A DNA stretch of 63,878 nucleotides, filler included, from Acetivibrio sp. (GTDB taxonomy: Bacteria > Bacillota > Clostridia > Acetivibrionales > Acetivibrionaceae): the NCBI RefSeq assembly GCF_035371925.1. It is 6 parts of 6 records of this genome, joined end to end, with 100 filler letters (N's around TTAATTAATTAA, not from the genome) between each part and the next. Parts side by side here need not be neighbours in the genome. Positions count along the whole stretch, not along the records: positions 1 to 11,608 come from NZ_DAORXT010000088.1; 5 more parts are not named here. One strand, given 5' to 3'. Below are positions 1 through 9,277 of this stretch, in pieces. Position numbers and translations under genes: made by a program. The notes under the pieces are model-generated. The model was not told where the DNA came from, searched no databases, and worked only from the letters and a program-made list of their open reading frames with translations. The stretch's first letter is position 1. Every line of letters begins with the position of its first letter.

Positions 1-54
1 TTAGCGTGGTTATGGGCTCTTTTTCCCTCTTCTAACTGCAAAATTCAGGATTTT

Positions 55-112
55 ACAGCAACATTTTGTTGCTGTCAATAAAAAAATCAACAATTTGTTA
101 ACATTTTGTTGC
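55..112. promoter_or_regulatory. Three AACA-N3-TGTT palindromic boxes (candidate operators) upstream of the XRE gene
   Basis: Perfect 9-3-9 palindrome ACAGCAACA-TTT-TGTTGCTGT at 55-75; related boxes CAACA-ATT-TGTTA (88-100) and TAACA-TTT-TGTTG (99-111). Confidence 0.55.
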
Positions 113-167
113 TTTATTTTTATATTTGTGAGAAAATAGTGTCAAATAGTCTCGAGGTGATATGGGA

Positions 168-848
168 ATGGCTTTTGCAGCAATGCTTAAACAACTTAGG
201 GAAGAAAAGCGGCTTTCGCAAAAAGATATCGCTGATTATTTAGGCATTACTCGACAGGCTGTGGCGTCGTATGAGCTTGCTAAAAGGGAACCGGACTATG
301 AAGTTCTAAAAAAGCTTGCAGATTATTTTGATGTGTCAATCGATTATTTACTGGGGAGGTCCAATTGCAGGGATGTCAATGCGATAACTATAGGGAAAAA
401 TATCGATTTAATAAGGGGAAATCTTACATACAAGGAACTATCAGAAGATATTAGTGCTAAATTGGGAGCGTTGATTTTTCCGGATATGCTTGAATTATAT
501 GCCCGTGGTGAAAGAATGCCCTTTGTCGGAACAATAAAAATTCTTGCAAAATATGCGCAGGTAAGGGATTCTTTTTTTTACACCTATAACACGCCCGAAA
601 CTTATGAAAGGGAAAAAGAGTTATATAGGCTTGAGATGAACCAGCAAAAAATGACCGAGGATTTTGAAGAAACCAGAGGCATTCTTGATTTTACCGATGA
701 TGTGGAAATCAAGAAATGGATTCTAAAGGAGAGTAATCTGCCTTACATAAAGCTGGCAAAAGAAATTCAGGATGCCGGTCTTCCGGTGGAAGTTTTCAGA
801 CCTCTCATAAATTCAATTAAAAATAATAGCAAGTCAAATGAAGAGTAA
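168..848 (+). CDS. XRE-family HTH transcriptional regulator with a second, degenerate HTH
   Basis: N-terminal LKQLREEKRLSQKDIADYLGITRQAVASYELAKREP...LADYFDVSIDYLLG is a classic XRE domain; second HTH-like segment IGKNIDLIRGNLTYKELSE...YARGERMP. The ATG at 168 sits 7 nt after GAGGTGA (ORF track starts at 162). Confidence 0.85.
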   Translation: MAFAAMLKQLREEKRLSQKDIADYLGITRQAVASYELAKREPDYEVLKKLADYFDVSIDYLLGRSNCRDVNAITIGKNIDLIRGNLTYKELSEDISAKLGALIFPDMLELYARGERMPFVGTIKILAKYAQVRDSFFYTYNTPETYEREKELYRLEMNQQKMTEDFEETRGILDFTDDVEIKKWILKESNLPYIKLAKEIQDAGLPVEVFRPLINSIKNNSKSNEE

Positions 849-1081
849 TTACAATGCACTTCGGTAAAATTTTGTATCACTGTGTAAAATTTTAATTTGA
901 TGGTTTGTGGCTCATTACGCCAATTTTGGAGATATTTCGAAAGCTGCTACCATGTTGCGGAGAGTATTATGTGAAATTATTTTCGCCATATTCCAATTAA
1001 ATTTTATTATGGACATTATTTCTTATGTGTTGTAAAATAAACCGTAATGAAATTTAAATATGGTTTAAGGAGTTGATGCAA

Positions 1082-2195
1082 GTGCTGGAGCTTGAGCAAA
1101 TTAAGCTTGAAGTAGATGATTTTAAAGATAATTTGGACGAAATGGGGAAATCTCTTTGACATCGCCAGTATGAGCAACCAAATTGAGGAACTTGAACAGA
1201 AAGCGTCAGAACCTGATTTTTGGAACGATACCGAGAATTCTCAGAAAGTTTTGCAAAAGATAAAGACTCTAAAAGACAAGCTGGAAAGATATAATAAGCT
1301 GGTGGCGCAGTGGGAAGATTTGAATACCCTGTGCGAGCTTGGAATTGAAGAGCAGGATGAAAGTGTGATACCCGAGGCGGAGGAGGGTTTTAAGGTCTTT
1401 AAAAAGGAATTTGAGGCTTTAAAACTTGAGACACTTCTTACCGGGCAGTATGATAAAAATAATGCAATTCTGACCTTGCATGCCGGTGCGGGAGGTACTG
1501 AAGCACAAGACTGGGTGCAGATGCTTCTTAGAATGTATACCCGCTGGGCAGAGAAAAAAGGATTTACAGTAAAGATATTGGATTATCTTGACGGAGAGGA
1601 AGCAGGCATTAAAAGCGTTACTTTCGAAGTTATTGGAGAAAACGCCTACGGCTTTTTAAAGTCGGAAAAGGGAGTGCACCGCCTTGTTAGAATTTCTCCC
1701 TTTGATGCTTCGGGAAGGAGGCATACATCTTTTGCTTCCTTGGATGTTATGCCGGAATTGAGTGATGATATTGAAGTAAATATAAATCCCGATGACCTTC
1801 GTATTGATACCTACCGTTCCAGCGGTGCCGGAGGTCAGCATATAAACAAAACCGAATCGGCCGTAAGAATTACCCACATACCTACGGGTATAGTGGTTTC
1901 CTGTCAGAGTGAACGTTCTCAGTTCCAAAACAAGGATACTGCTATGAAAATGCTGAAATCAAAGCTTATGGAGCTTAAAGAACGGGAGAACAAGGAAAAG
2001 ATAGAGGACCTTAAGGGAATACAGTTGGAGATAGCATGGGGGAGCCAGATAAGATCCTATGTCTTCTGTCCGTATACCCTTGTAAAAGACCACAGGACCA
2101 ATTATGAAGAAATAAATGTGGATACTGTTATGGATGGAGAATTGGATGGATTTATAAATTCTTACCTTGCAAGTATATCAAAGAAACAGCAATAA
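1082..2195 (+). CDS. prfB: Peptide chain release factor 2, translated via programmed +1 frameshift
   Basis: GGQ motif (SSGAGGQHINKT) and SPF anticodon-mimic motif. Upstream frame begins at GTG 1082 (RBS AAGGAG) and reads to CTT TGA C at 1154-1160. Confidence 0.97.
1145..1160 (+). other. prfB +1 ribosomal frameshift site
   Basis: CTT TGA C at 1154-1160, preceded by a G-rich SD-like stretch (ATGGGG); the +1 frame continues as DIASMSNQIEE. Confidence 0.9.
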
Positions 2196-2221
2196 AGATA
2201 AAGAAAAAATGGCCTATATAT

Positions 2222-2256
2222 AAAAGTCTGCGGCTTTAAAAAAAGAGCAGACTTTT
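2222..2256. terminator. Probable bidirectional intrinsic terminator
   Basis: 10-bp stem AAAAGTCTGC/GCAGACTTTT between convergent genes. Confidence 0.65.
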
Positions 2257-2294
2257 GTTTTGGCCTTTTGAAATTAAATAAAAGAGGATTTTAT

Positions 2295-5099
2295 TTAAGA
2301 TGCTTCTTTAGCTTCGGCAGAAGATACGAAACTTATGGTGTTTATGCTGTCAAGGTAGGGATCAATTTTTAGCAAAAAGTATCCCGATTTGCTTTCGTAT
2401 TTTGCGAATACATTGATGAAATAAGCTTCATATCTGTTTTTGCTCAAATATTTTTTTGAATGGTTGTATTCTTTCGGAAACTGTATATCCACGTCGGTCA
2501 GAAGATAGTTTTTAAGGTAAGAAGTACACTTGTCTTTAAGCTCCAAGTAAGTGTAGTTTCTTGCCAGGCGGACATCAAAGCCGTTTTCCGACGGCAATAC
2601 GTCAATAAAGTAGCTTTTTTCGGCAACGGGCAAACCGACACCATCCGAGTACCGAACTGTTATTGTCATATTGCTATAGTCGGGTGTAATACGGTAAATC
2701 AACTTATTTGCGTACATTTCCTTAAGTTTTTCCTCTGAGGATTTTACAGCATCCTTTTGAAGTACTGCACTTATGATTTCGAAGTTTTTGCTTTCATAGT
2801 CAAACTTTAATCTATATGTTCCGGCTTCTTTGCAGTTACTTATCCGGACAAGAATATCATCATTTGAATCCAAGGTTCTTGCATGGGTAATGGTTGTTGA
2901 CCTTCCGAGAATCAGTTTAAAGCAGTTCTCCAGAAAAACTACTTTACGGTTTCGGGTCTCACCCATAGACTTTCTTTCCAAATATTCCTTTGTCTCTTCT
3001 AGAGTAAAGGATTCTACAATGGCGTTTAGATTCCGGCCAAGTTCTTTGTCTATAAGGCTTCCGTCAGAGAATAAATAGTCACTTATCGATAAGAACAAAG
3101 AGTAAATTTTGCCGTTTCTTATTATGTCGACGGAATAGCCAAGTTTGTGCCTTTGGCCTTCATCCAGAAAATTTATCAATCTGTAAATATATATAATGTC
3201 ATTTTCAACTTTTGAGCTTACGCTTAATATTTTTGTGTTTTTAGTCCCGAAAGGGGCATAATAGTTTGTAGAATAATATATATAATCTAAATTGTTTCCG
3301 CTAAAAAGTCTTAGTAATTCTTCGGTAGAGGCATCAATCAAACATTCGGACTCATTGATGCATATATCAAGAGGACCGGAGTATTCGGGGCATACTATGG
3401 AAAATCTGTCGAAATTAATGTCTGAGGATTCGTTCCTAAGCTCCCAAGTATCCGGATAAGAGAAGGAATATCCTTCATGTTCATTAAGATATTTTTTAAA
3501 GCTGCTTTCTAATGCAAAAACATTTGCCTTATCATTTGCTTTATCATTTACTTTAGATTTTGTAAACTCTATCGATTCAACAATTTTCAAAAACTCGCCG
3601 ACTATATCGTCGGAAGGTTTGCTTAACCTGCTGTTTAGCTCGATTTTATAAAGTTTTGAGTTGTGTATCGTATAATAGCCCTGAATGTAATATAAATCCG
3701 GACCGTTTTTCATTTCATATTTTATGTAATGAAAATTCTTGCCGGAAAGCAAGCGGGTTTCCGTCTTAATAGTTTCTGCTTTTACTGAAGGAGAGGACTT
3801 TACGAGCTTTATTTTGTCTTCTATACATGTATCGGGATTGTTTACCGATTCTACCGAAATTGATATTTGGTTGTTGTAATCAATTTTAAAACTTGTAAAG
3901 TCGAAGCTTTCCGTGATGCTGTTTTGCAAGTAGGGCACAAATGTTGACGGATATTGAACTTTGTAGTTTTGTTGCAAGTTCTGGTATTCGATGTATTCAA
4001 TATTGTTGGCTGTGAGCGGCGGATAAATTCCCAAATTGGCTTCTTTTATGACTTTGCTGTCATTTAATACTTTCAGGGTGCTTTTATTGTCCGGTAAGTT
4101 TTGAATTTTAAGAGCATTGACAAGCTCTTTAACTTTGTTTATATTTTCTAAAGTCAAGAAGCCTCTTTTTCCGGATACGTTAATTGTATATATTGACATA
4201 TCGGAATAGATTGGGATTGTTATCATAATATGGGTTTCCTCGAACGAAGAATATTTATCGCTTTTTATTATGTTGTACAGCACAATGTTGGAAAGCTGAC
4301 CGTAAATATATTCACTATAGTCCGCAAAAACTTCCATATTGGATTCACTTAATGCTGCGTCGCTTCCTCCAAACAGAAAATCATTTTTGTATAGAGCCTG
4401 CATGGCTCTAAAATAGCTTTTTGTGTAATCGCTTATCGCATTAAAAATCTGTTCGTCGGAAGAGGCGTAATCATTGAGTATTAACCGCATGCCGGCAATA
4501 GATGTGCTGTCGAGCTTATCGCAGCTTATTGTATAGGTAAACTCTCCATTTTTGTCGACAAGCACAACGGTATTATCGCTAAAACTGTCGGAAGGTCCCG
4601 AAAGGTCAATGCTGCTATGGGATGGTATTTTTAGTAGATATCCGTGGGTAATGTTCTTGAAGGTTTTAAGGTCATGGTCCTTTAAAAAATATATAGAACC
4701 AGATTCTATATCATATTTTACAACCAAATTGAATTTTTCCTCTATAAACTCAAAAGGAAAATAGAATTTATCGTTTATTATTTGCGGTACGTTGGGATTG
4801 GAATTTGTCAGTGTAACTATGGAATAATCCAAAGGCTTTGCCGAATATGTACTTACCGTTTTTCCGTTATCAATGGAAAAAGTTTGTTTTAAAAAGTCTG
4901 TCTTAAGCTTCAAACCAAGTATTTGGGTTATTTCATCAGCTTCAAGATAATACTTGCCGTTTTGATTTACGACAGCATTCTTTAAAGTATGAATTTTTCC
5001 ATTGTAATATAAATTGAAGCCGGTATCGGCCCTGGCAACGGAGAAACTCAACATAATTATCGCTGTCAGGACTATAAGCAATATCAAACCCTTTTTCAT
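2295..5099 (-). CDS. Large secreted protein: copper-amine-oxidase-N (stalk)-like domain plus about three PsbP-like repeats
   Basis: Signal peptide MKKGLILLIVLTAIIMLSFSVARA; stalk-like region (FYFPFEFIEEKFNLVVKYD); repeated N-x3-Y/G-x3-Y/I-P domain openings (KNITHGYLLKIP, QNLQQNYKVQYP, LNEHEGYSFSYP). ORF track starts at TTG 5108. Confidence 0.55.
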   Translation of the reverse strand: MKKGLILLIVLTAIIMLSFSVARADTGFNLYYNGKIHTLKNAVVNQNGKYYLEADEITQILGLKLKTDFLKQTFSIDNGKTVSTYSAKPLDYSIVTLTNSNPNVPQIINDKFYFPFEFIEEKFNLVVKYDIESGSIYFLKDHDLKTFKNITHGYLLKIPSHSSIDLSGPSDSFSDNTVVLVDKNGEFTYTISCDKLDSTSIAGMRLILNDYASSDEQIFNAISDYTKSYFRAMQALYKNDFLFGGSDAALSESNMEVFADYSEYIYGQLSNIVLYNIIKSDKYSSFEETHIMITIPIYSDMSIYTINVSGKRGFLTLENINKVKELVNALKIQNLPDNKSTLKVLNDSKVIKEANLGIYPPLTANNIEYIEYQNLQQNYKVQYPSTFVPYLQNSITESFDFTSFKIDYNNQISISVESVNNPDTCIEDKIKLVKSSPSVKAETIKTETRLLSGKNFHYIKYEMKNGPDLYYIQGYYTIHNSKLYKIELNSRLSKPSDDIVGEFLKIVESIEFTKSKVNDKANDKANVFALESSFKKYLNEHEGYSFSYPDTWELRNESSDINFDRFSIVCPEYSGPLDICINESECLIDASTEELLRLFSGNNLDYIYYSTNYYAPFGTKNTKILSVSSKVENDIIYIYRLINFLDEGQRHKLGYSVDIIRNGKIYSLFLSISDYLFSDGSLIDKELGRNLNAIVESFTLEETKEYLERKSMGETRNRKVVFLENCFKLILGRSTTITHARTLDSNDDILVRISNCKEAGTYRLKFDYESKNFEIISAVLQKDAVKSSEEKLKEMYANKLIYRITPDYSNMTITVRYSDGVGLPVAEKSYFIDVLPSENGFDVRLARNYTYLELKDKCTSYLKNYLLTDVDIQFPKEYNHSKKYLSKNRYEAYFINVFAKYESKSGYFLLKIDPYLDSINTISFVSSAEAKEAS

Positions 5100-5368
5100 A
5101 TACAACACTACCTCTTACCTTTGAGATTTATTTTCATTATATCAACCGAAAGATACTCAAAATACATATCCTCTACATTATGTATAATATCAAAAGTAAA
5201 AGACATATACAATAAATGTTGGCTCTTTGTAAAATAAGTGAAACAAATACTTAAAAAATATATTCAATGCTATTAATAAATTTTAGAAATTGTGGTATTA
5301 TTCTATTGGTCCCTAATAAAAATGATATGGAACGTAGACCTAATATTTGGCCGTAAGGTGGTACGGAT

Positions 5369-6232
5369 ATGAACATTGGTATTGTCGGAGCAGGGAAAGT
5401 AGGCTGCGCTTTAGCCCAAGGACTTGAAAACAACGGCTTTAACATATCGGGAGTATACAGCCGAAGCGATGATTCACAGCAATATCTTTGCGCAAAAGTG
5501 GGAAAAACCTTTGAAAATAGTATTTCGGATACAGTCAAAAACTCAGAGCTGATATTTATTTCGGTATCTGATAACAATATAATAAAGGTTGCTGAGGAAA
5601 TTGGCCGGAAAGTCGACAACGATATTATTCGAGCCAAGACTTTTATACATTTGAGTGGTGCGCTTACATCAAAAGCGTTAAGACCTCTTGAAAACTTAGG
5701 AGCGTATACTGCCTCTCTTCATCCTATTCAGTCCGTAGCGGACAAAGAAAAAGGATGGAAGAAGCTGTACAATATATTTTATGGATTCGAAGGCTGCAAA
5801 GAAGCTTTAGATTATGCCTTAAGTATCGTAAAATCCTTTGAAGGCAGATTAATAGAAATCAGAGAACAGTACAAAACTCTGTATCATGCTGCGGCATGCA
5901 TTATATCCAATTATACGGTGACACTTTCCTATGCCGCCCATGAAATACTGGAGAGTATCGGATTTGACAGGGAAACTGCCAATGAGGCGTTTCTTCCGTT
6001 GATTAAGAACACAGTTGATAATATTGAGAGACTTGGAAGCGTGAATGCTCTTACGGGACCCATATCGCGAGGGGATTACAGTGTTGTTGGGGAGCATGTA
6101 AAAGAACTGGGCAAGCTGGACAAAGAACTTGAAAACATGTATAAAGTAATGGGAAGAAAGACTGTTGAGATTGCAAGAGAAAAGGGCACGCTTACAAATG
6201 AGGCAGCAAAAGAGCTTATGAAAATTTTATAA
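5369..6232 (+). CDS. Rossmann-like + DUF2520 oxidoreductase (PanG-type ketopantoate reductase family)
   Basis: IGIVGAGKVG Rossmann motif; HLSGA, SLHPIQS, YHAAAC, ALTGPISRGD family motifs. Confidence 0.8.
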   Translation: MNIGIVGAGKVGCALAQGLENNGFNISGVYSRSDDSQQYLCAKVGKTFENSISDTVKNSELIFISVSDNNIIKVAEEIGRKVDNDIIRAKTFIHLSGALTSKALRPLENLGAYTASLHPIQSVADKEKGWKKLYNIFYGFEGCKEALDYALSIVKSFEGRLIEIREQYKTLYHAAACIISNYTVTLSYAAHEILESIGFDRETANEAFLPLIKNTVDNIERLGSVNALTGPISRGDYSVVGEHVKELGKLDKELENMYKVMGRKTVEIAREKGTLTNEAAKELMKIL

Positions 6233-6264
6233 TTGTGAAATCCTATACGTATGGAGATGTAGTT

Positions 6265-7011
6265 ATGGAGATTGAATATCTTAGAAAAATATTGGAAGGT
6301 GTCAAAGACGGAGACATTGGAGTTGATGAGGCTTTGGCGGAGCTAAAAAGCCTTCCCTTTGAAGATTTGGGTTTTGCAAAAGTTGATGAGCACAGGAATA
6401 TTCGCAACGGATACCCTGAGGTGATTTATTGTCAGGGAAAAACTGTTGAGCAGGTTAAAAAGATAGTTGAAAGACTGATGGAGAAAAATAATAATATTAT
6501 GGCTACAAGGGCCGATATCAAGTACTTTGAAGCTATCAGGGAAATTACCGGGGATGCCGTATACCATGAAGAAGCCCGAATTGTGGTTGTAAACAAAAGG
6601 GACATAACCAGGGTAGATAAGGTGATTGCGGTTGTAACGGCAGGAACGGCAGATATTCCTGTGGCTGAAGAAGCCGCCGTTACCTGTGAGACAATGGGAA
6701 ACAGGGTTGAGAGGGTTTATGATGTCGGCGTTGCAGGAATTCACAGGCTTTTTGCCCGGTTGGATGTGATTCGCACAGCAAATGTCCTCATAGTGGTAGC
6801 GGGAATGGAGGGAGCCTTGGCAAGCGTGGTGAGCGGACTTGTGGATAAGCCTGTAATAGCCGTTCCTACCAGTGTCGGGTATGGCGCGAATTTCGGAGGA
6901 CTTTCCGCTCTTTTGACAATGCTGAACAGCTGTGCCGCCGGAATAGGTGTGGTGAACATCGATAACGGTTTTGGAGCGGGATTTTTGGCAAGTATGATAA
7001 ATAAGCTTTAA
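6265..7011 (+). CDS. larB: Nickel-pincer cofactor biosynthesis carboxylase LarB (PurE-like)
   Basis: DLGFAKVD..R..R.GYPEVIY.QGK, AGTAD, DVGVAG, AGMEGAL, VNIDNGFGA motifs. ATG 6265 follows GGAG (ORF track 6235). Confidence 0.92.
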   Translation: MEIEYLRKILEGVKDGDIGVDEALAELKSLPFEDLGFAKVDEHRNIRNGYPEVIYCQGKTVEQVKKIVERLMEKNNNIMATRADIKYFEAIREITGDAVYHEEARIVVVNKRDITRVDKVIAVVTAGTADIPVAEEAAVTCETMGNRVERVYDVGVAGIHRLFARLDVIRTANVLIVVAGMEGALASVVSGLVDKPVIAVPTSVGYGANFGGLSALLTMLNSCAAGIGVVNIDNGFGAGFLASMINKL

Positions 7012-7025
7012 GAAAGGAAAAGGAT

Positions 7026-8249
7026 ATGAGAATACTGTATTTTGACTGTTTTTCCGGAGCCAGCGGAGATATGATTTTAGGAGCCCTTTTGGACCTGGGG
7101 ATTGATGTTGAGCTTTTTAAAAGGGAGCTTTTGGGATTAAATTTGGACGGTTTTGATATTGCTATAGAAAAGAAGATAATAAACTCAATAGCCGTAACCG
7201 ATGTGAATGTTATTGTAAAAGAGGAACACAATCACCATACAGGACATCATCACCATTGTGAGCGAAATTTGGCCGACATTGAAAAGATAATTGACAACAG
7301 CAGCTTAAAAGAAGGCGTAAAAAGCCTTAGCAAGAAGATATTTGGGGAAATTGCCCGGGCAGAGGCCAAAGTCCACAACAAATCCATTGAAGATGTGCAC
7401 TTTCATGAAGTTGGCGCCGTCGATTCCATCGTGGACATTGTAGGTACTGCAATTTGCCTGGATCTTTTAAATGTTGACAGAATATACTCATCACCAATGC
7501 ATGACGGCACAGGCTTTATAGAATGCCGGCACGGAAAGTTGCCGGTTCCCGTTCCTGCGGTTTTGGAAATGCTTAAGGACAGCAATATACCGTACATAAC
7601 CGAGGACGTAAACACAGAATTGGTGACTCCTACGGGTATCGGAATTATAAAGTGTGTGGCAAAGAAGTTTGGCCCCATGCCCCCAATGACTATTGAGAGT
7701 GTTGGATATGGAGCAGGGAAGAGACAGACGGGACGGTTTAATGCTTTAAGATGCATCTTGGGAAATGTAGAAGACAAAAAAATAATTGACGACGAGGTTT
7801 GTGTACTTGAGACCAATGTAGATGATATGAATCCGGAGATTCTTGGCTATGTTATGAACAGACTTTTTGAAAACGGCGCATTGGATGTGTTTTATACGTC
7901 CGCATACATGAAAAAGAACAGGCCGGGAGTCGTTTTGACAGTGCTGTCTGACAGGGAGCAGGAAGAAAAGCTTGTAAATATTATTCTCACAGAAACCACC
8001 ACTTTGGGAGTCAGAAAGACCGTAGCCCAAAGATATATTTTGGAGAGGGAATCAAAGTATTTGGATACCGAGTTTGGGAAAATAAGAGTAAAGGAATCGG
8101 CGCTTGGCGATTACCGGAAGTATTCTCCGGAATTCGAGGACTGCAAAAAGGTGGCGCAGGAATTGAACATACCTTTAATGAAGGTATATGAAGCTGTAAA
8201 TAAAGCTATTTTGACAGTTGAAGAAAGGAATGCAAATGCTTTACAATAA
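7026..8249 (+). CDS. larC: Nickel insertion protein LarC, single fused ORF
   Basis: YFDCFSGASGDM, His-rich HNHHTGHHHH, HFHEVGA.DSI.D, ELVTPTG, ETNVDD, MKKNRPG, TTTLGVR. Confidence 0.93.
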   Translation: MRILYFDCFSGASGDMILGALLDLGIDVELFKRELLGLNLDGFDIAIEKKIINSIAVTDVNVIVKEEHNHHTGHHHHCERNLADIEKIIDNSSLKEGVKSLSKKIFGEIARAEAKVHNKSIEDVHFHEVGAVDSIVDIVGTAICLDLLNVDRIYSSPMHDGTGFIECRHGKLPVPVPAVLEMLKDSNIPYITEDVNTELVTPTGIGIIKCVAKKFGPMPPMTIESVGYGAGKRQTGRFNALRCILGNVEDKKIIDDEVCVLETNVDDMNPEILGYVMNRLFENGALDVFYTSAYMKKNRPGVVLTVLSDREQEEKLVNIILTETTTLGVRKTVAQRYILERESKYLDTEFGKIRVKESALGDYRKYSPEFEDCKKVAQELNIPLMKVYEAVNKAILTVEERNANALQ

Positions 8250-9186
8250 GTTTTCAACCTATTTGAAGGAAAAGTACGGTTCAAAGGTTTACAAGCTCCC
8301 TTTGAACCTGCCGGTCACATGTCCGAACCGTGACGGCAGGATAAGCGGCAGCGGATGTATATTTTGCGGAGAAGAGGGAGCCGGCTTTGAAAATCTGCCG
8401 AGCTTTCTCGAAATAAAAGAGCAGCTTAAGCTAAACTCCAAGTATATTGGAAAGAACTATAGCTCTGAGAAGTTTATTGCGTATTTTCAAAATTACTCAA
8501 ATACTTATCTTCCTTTGGAGGACTTTAAAAAGTACATTAACGAAGCTTTGGCAGAGAACATTGTGGCTGTCTATATTTCCACCCGACCTGATTGTATCGA
8601 GGATTCGTACCTTTCTTTTTTAAAGGAGATAAAGCAGTCAAAAGGTGTGGATATTGTAATAGAGCTTGGGCTTCAGACGGTAAATTATCATACTTTGAAG
8701 TTTCTTAACCGAGGACACCTGCTTGCGGAGTTTATCGACGCCGTGCTCAGAATAAAGGCGTTTGGGCTGGAGTCTTGCGCCCATTACATATTGGATCTAC
8801 CTATGGATTCAATGGATGATGTAATCGAAGGGGCAAGGATATTGTCAGCTTTAGGTGTAAGCCAGGTAAAATGCCATTCCCTTTATATTTTAAAAGATAC
8901 GGTTTTGGGCGAAATGTACGAAAGGGGAGAGATACAGCCTGTAACAGTGGAAGAATATATCGAGAGGGCGGTATCGTTTCTTGAGTACTTAGACCCGTCT
9001 ATCGTTGTACAAAGGTTAATAGGACGTGCGCCGGAAGAAAGAAGCCTGTTTTGTAATTGGGGTATGAGCTGGTGGAAAATACATGATGCTATTGAGCGGA
9101 AAATGATTGAGGAAAACAGGTATCAGGGAAAGAAGTTTGATTATTTAAACGGAAAGGCCTTAAGCGGTATAAGCGAAAAAACATAA
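8236..9186 (+). CDS. TIGR01212-family (YhcC-like) radical SAM protein
   Basis: TCPNRDG...GCIFC cluster motif, AYFQNYSNTY, STRPDC, ELGLQT. Start overlaps the larC end. Confidence 0.88.
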   Translation: MLYNKFSTYLKEKYGSKVYKLPLNLPVTCPNRDGRISGSGCIFCGEEGAGFENLPSFLEIKEQLKLNSKYIGKNYSSEKFIAYFQNYSNTYLPLEDFKKYINEALAENIVAVYISTRPDCIEDSYLSFLKEIKQSKGVDIVIELGLQTVNYHTLKFLNRGHLLAEFIDAVLRIKAFGLESCAHYILDLPMDSMDDVIEGARILSALGVSQVKCHSLYILKDTVLGEMYERGEIQPVTVEEYIERAVSFLEYLDPSIVVQRLIGRAPEERSLFCNWGMSWWKIHDAIERKMIEENRYQGKKFDYLNGKALSGISEKT

Positions 9187-9277
9187 CAAAGGGAAATAAA
9201 AAAGGCCTCCGTCAAAAACAGCAAACAAGAGACCGTTTATATATAGTGACAGTTATAAAATAATTACAGCCGTAAAA

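Noticed and set aside
964..984. Rex-like box TGTGAAATTATTTTCGCC upstream of prfB
   Set aside because: Right half-site is too divergent and the context is implausible.
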